Positions 62,200-64,000 of a stretch of DNA of 64,000 nucleotides are shown here, piece by piece. The translations under genes and the position numbers were made by a program. This DNA comes from the human T2T-CHM13v2.0 reference genome, Homo sapiens. Each line of letters starts with the position of its first letter. Within the stretch, counting starts at the first letter, position 1. Under the pieces are notes generated by a model that did no database searches, had not been told where the DNA came from, and worked only from the letters and a program-made list of their open reading frames with translations. The stretch lies in NCBI RefSeq assembly GCF_009914755.1, contig NC_060943.1; one strand, 5' to 3'.

Positions 62200-64000
<1,801 letters not shown>

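Overview
Human (primate) genomic DNA, extremely Alu-dense, recognisable from protein sequence as the 19p13.12 cluster. It contains RLN3 (+, 2 coding exons, 142 aa), IL27RA (+, 14 coding exons, 636 aa), PALM3 (-, 7 coding exons, 688 aa), an EEF1D processed retrocopy (probably EEF1DP1) with an intact 280-codon ORF, and the start of MISP3 (+, runs off the window). I assembled exons by hand from GT-AG boundaries; the RLN3, IL27RA and PALM3 joins give continuous ORFs of 429, 1911 and 2067 nt. Nearly all other ORFs in the track are Alu, L1 or low-complexity artefacts. Best leads: (1) RLN3 ends ~300 bp before the IL27RA ATG, and RLN3 exon 1 is phase-compatible with IL27RA exon 2, predicting an in-frame relaxin-3 B-chain/IL-27R-alpha read-through fusion with a furin site; (2) a MIR-derived cassette or terminal exon in the RLN3 intron giving a B-chain-only precursor; (3) a full-length EEF1D retrocopy inserted in the tail of an Alu with intact A/B boxes and no T4 terminator for ~1.4 kb; (4) a long stop-free frame upstream of the MISP3 AUG; (5) a ~90-bp templated copy plus a perfect hairpin inside an AT-rich block. 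All expression-level claims are hypotheses. Repeat subfamily names come from remembered consensus sequences, and repeat boundaries are approximate.
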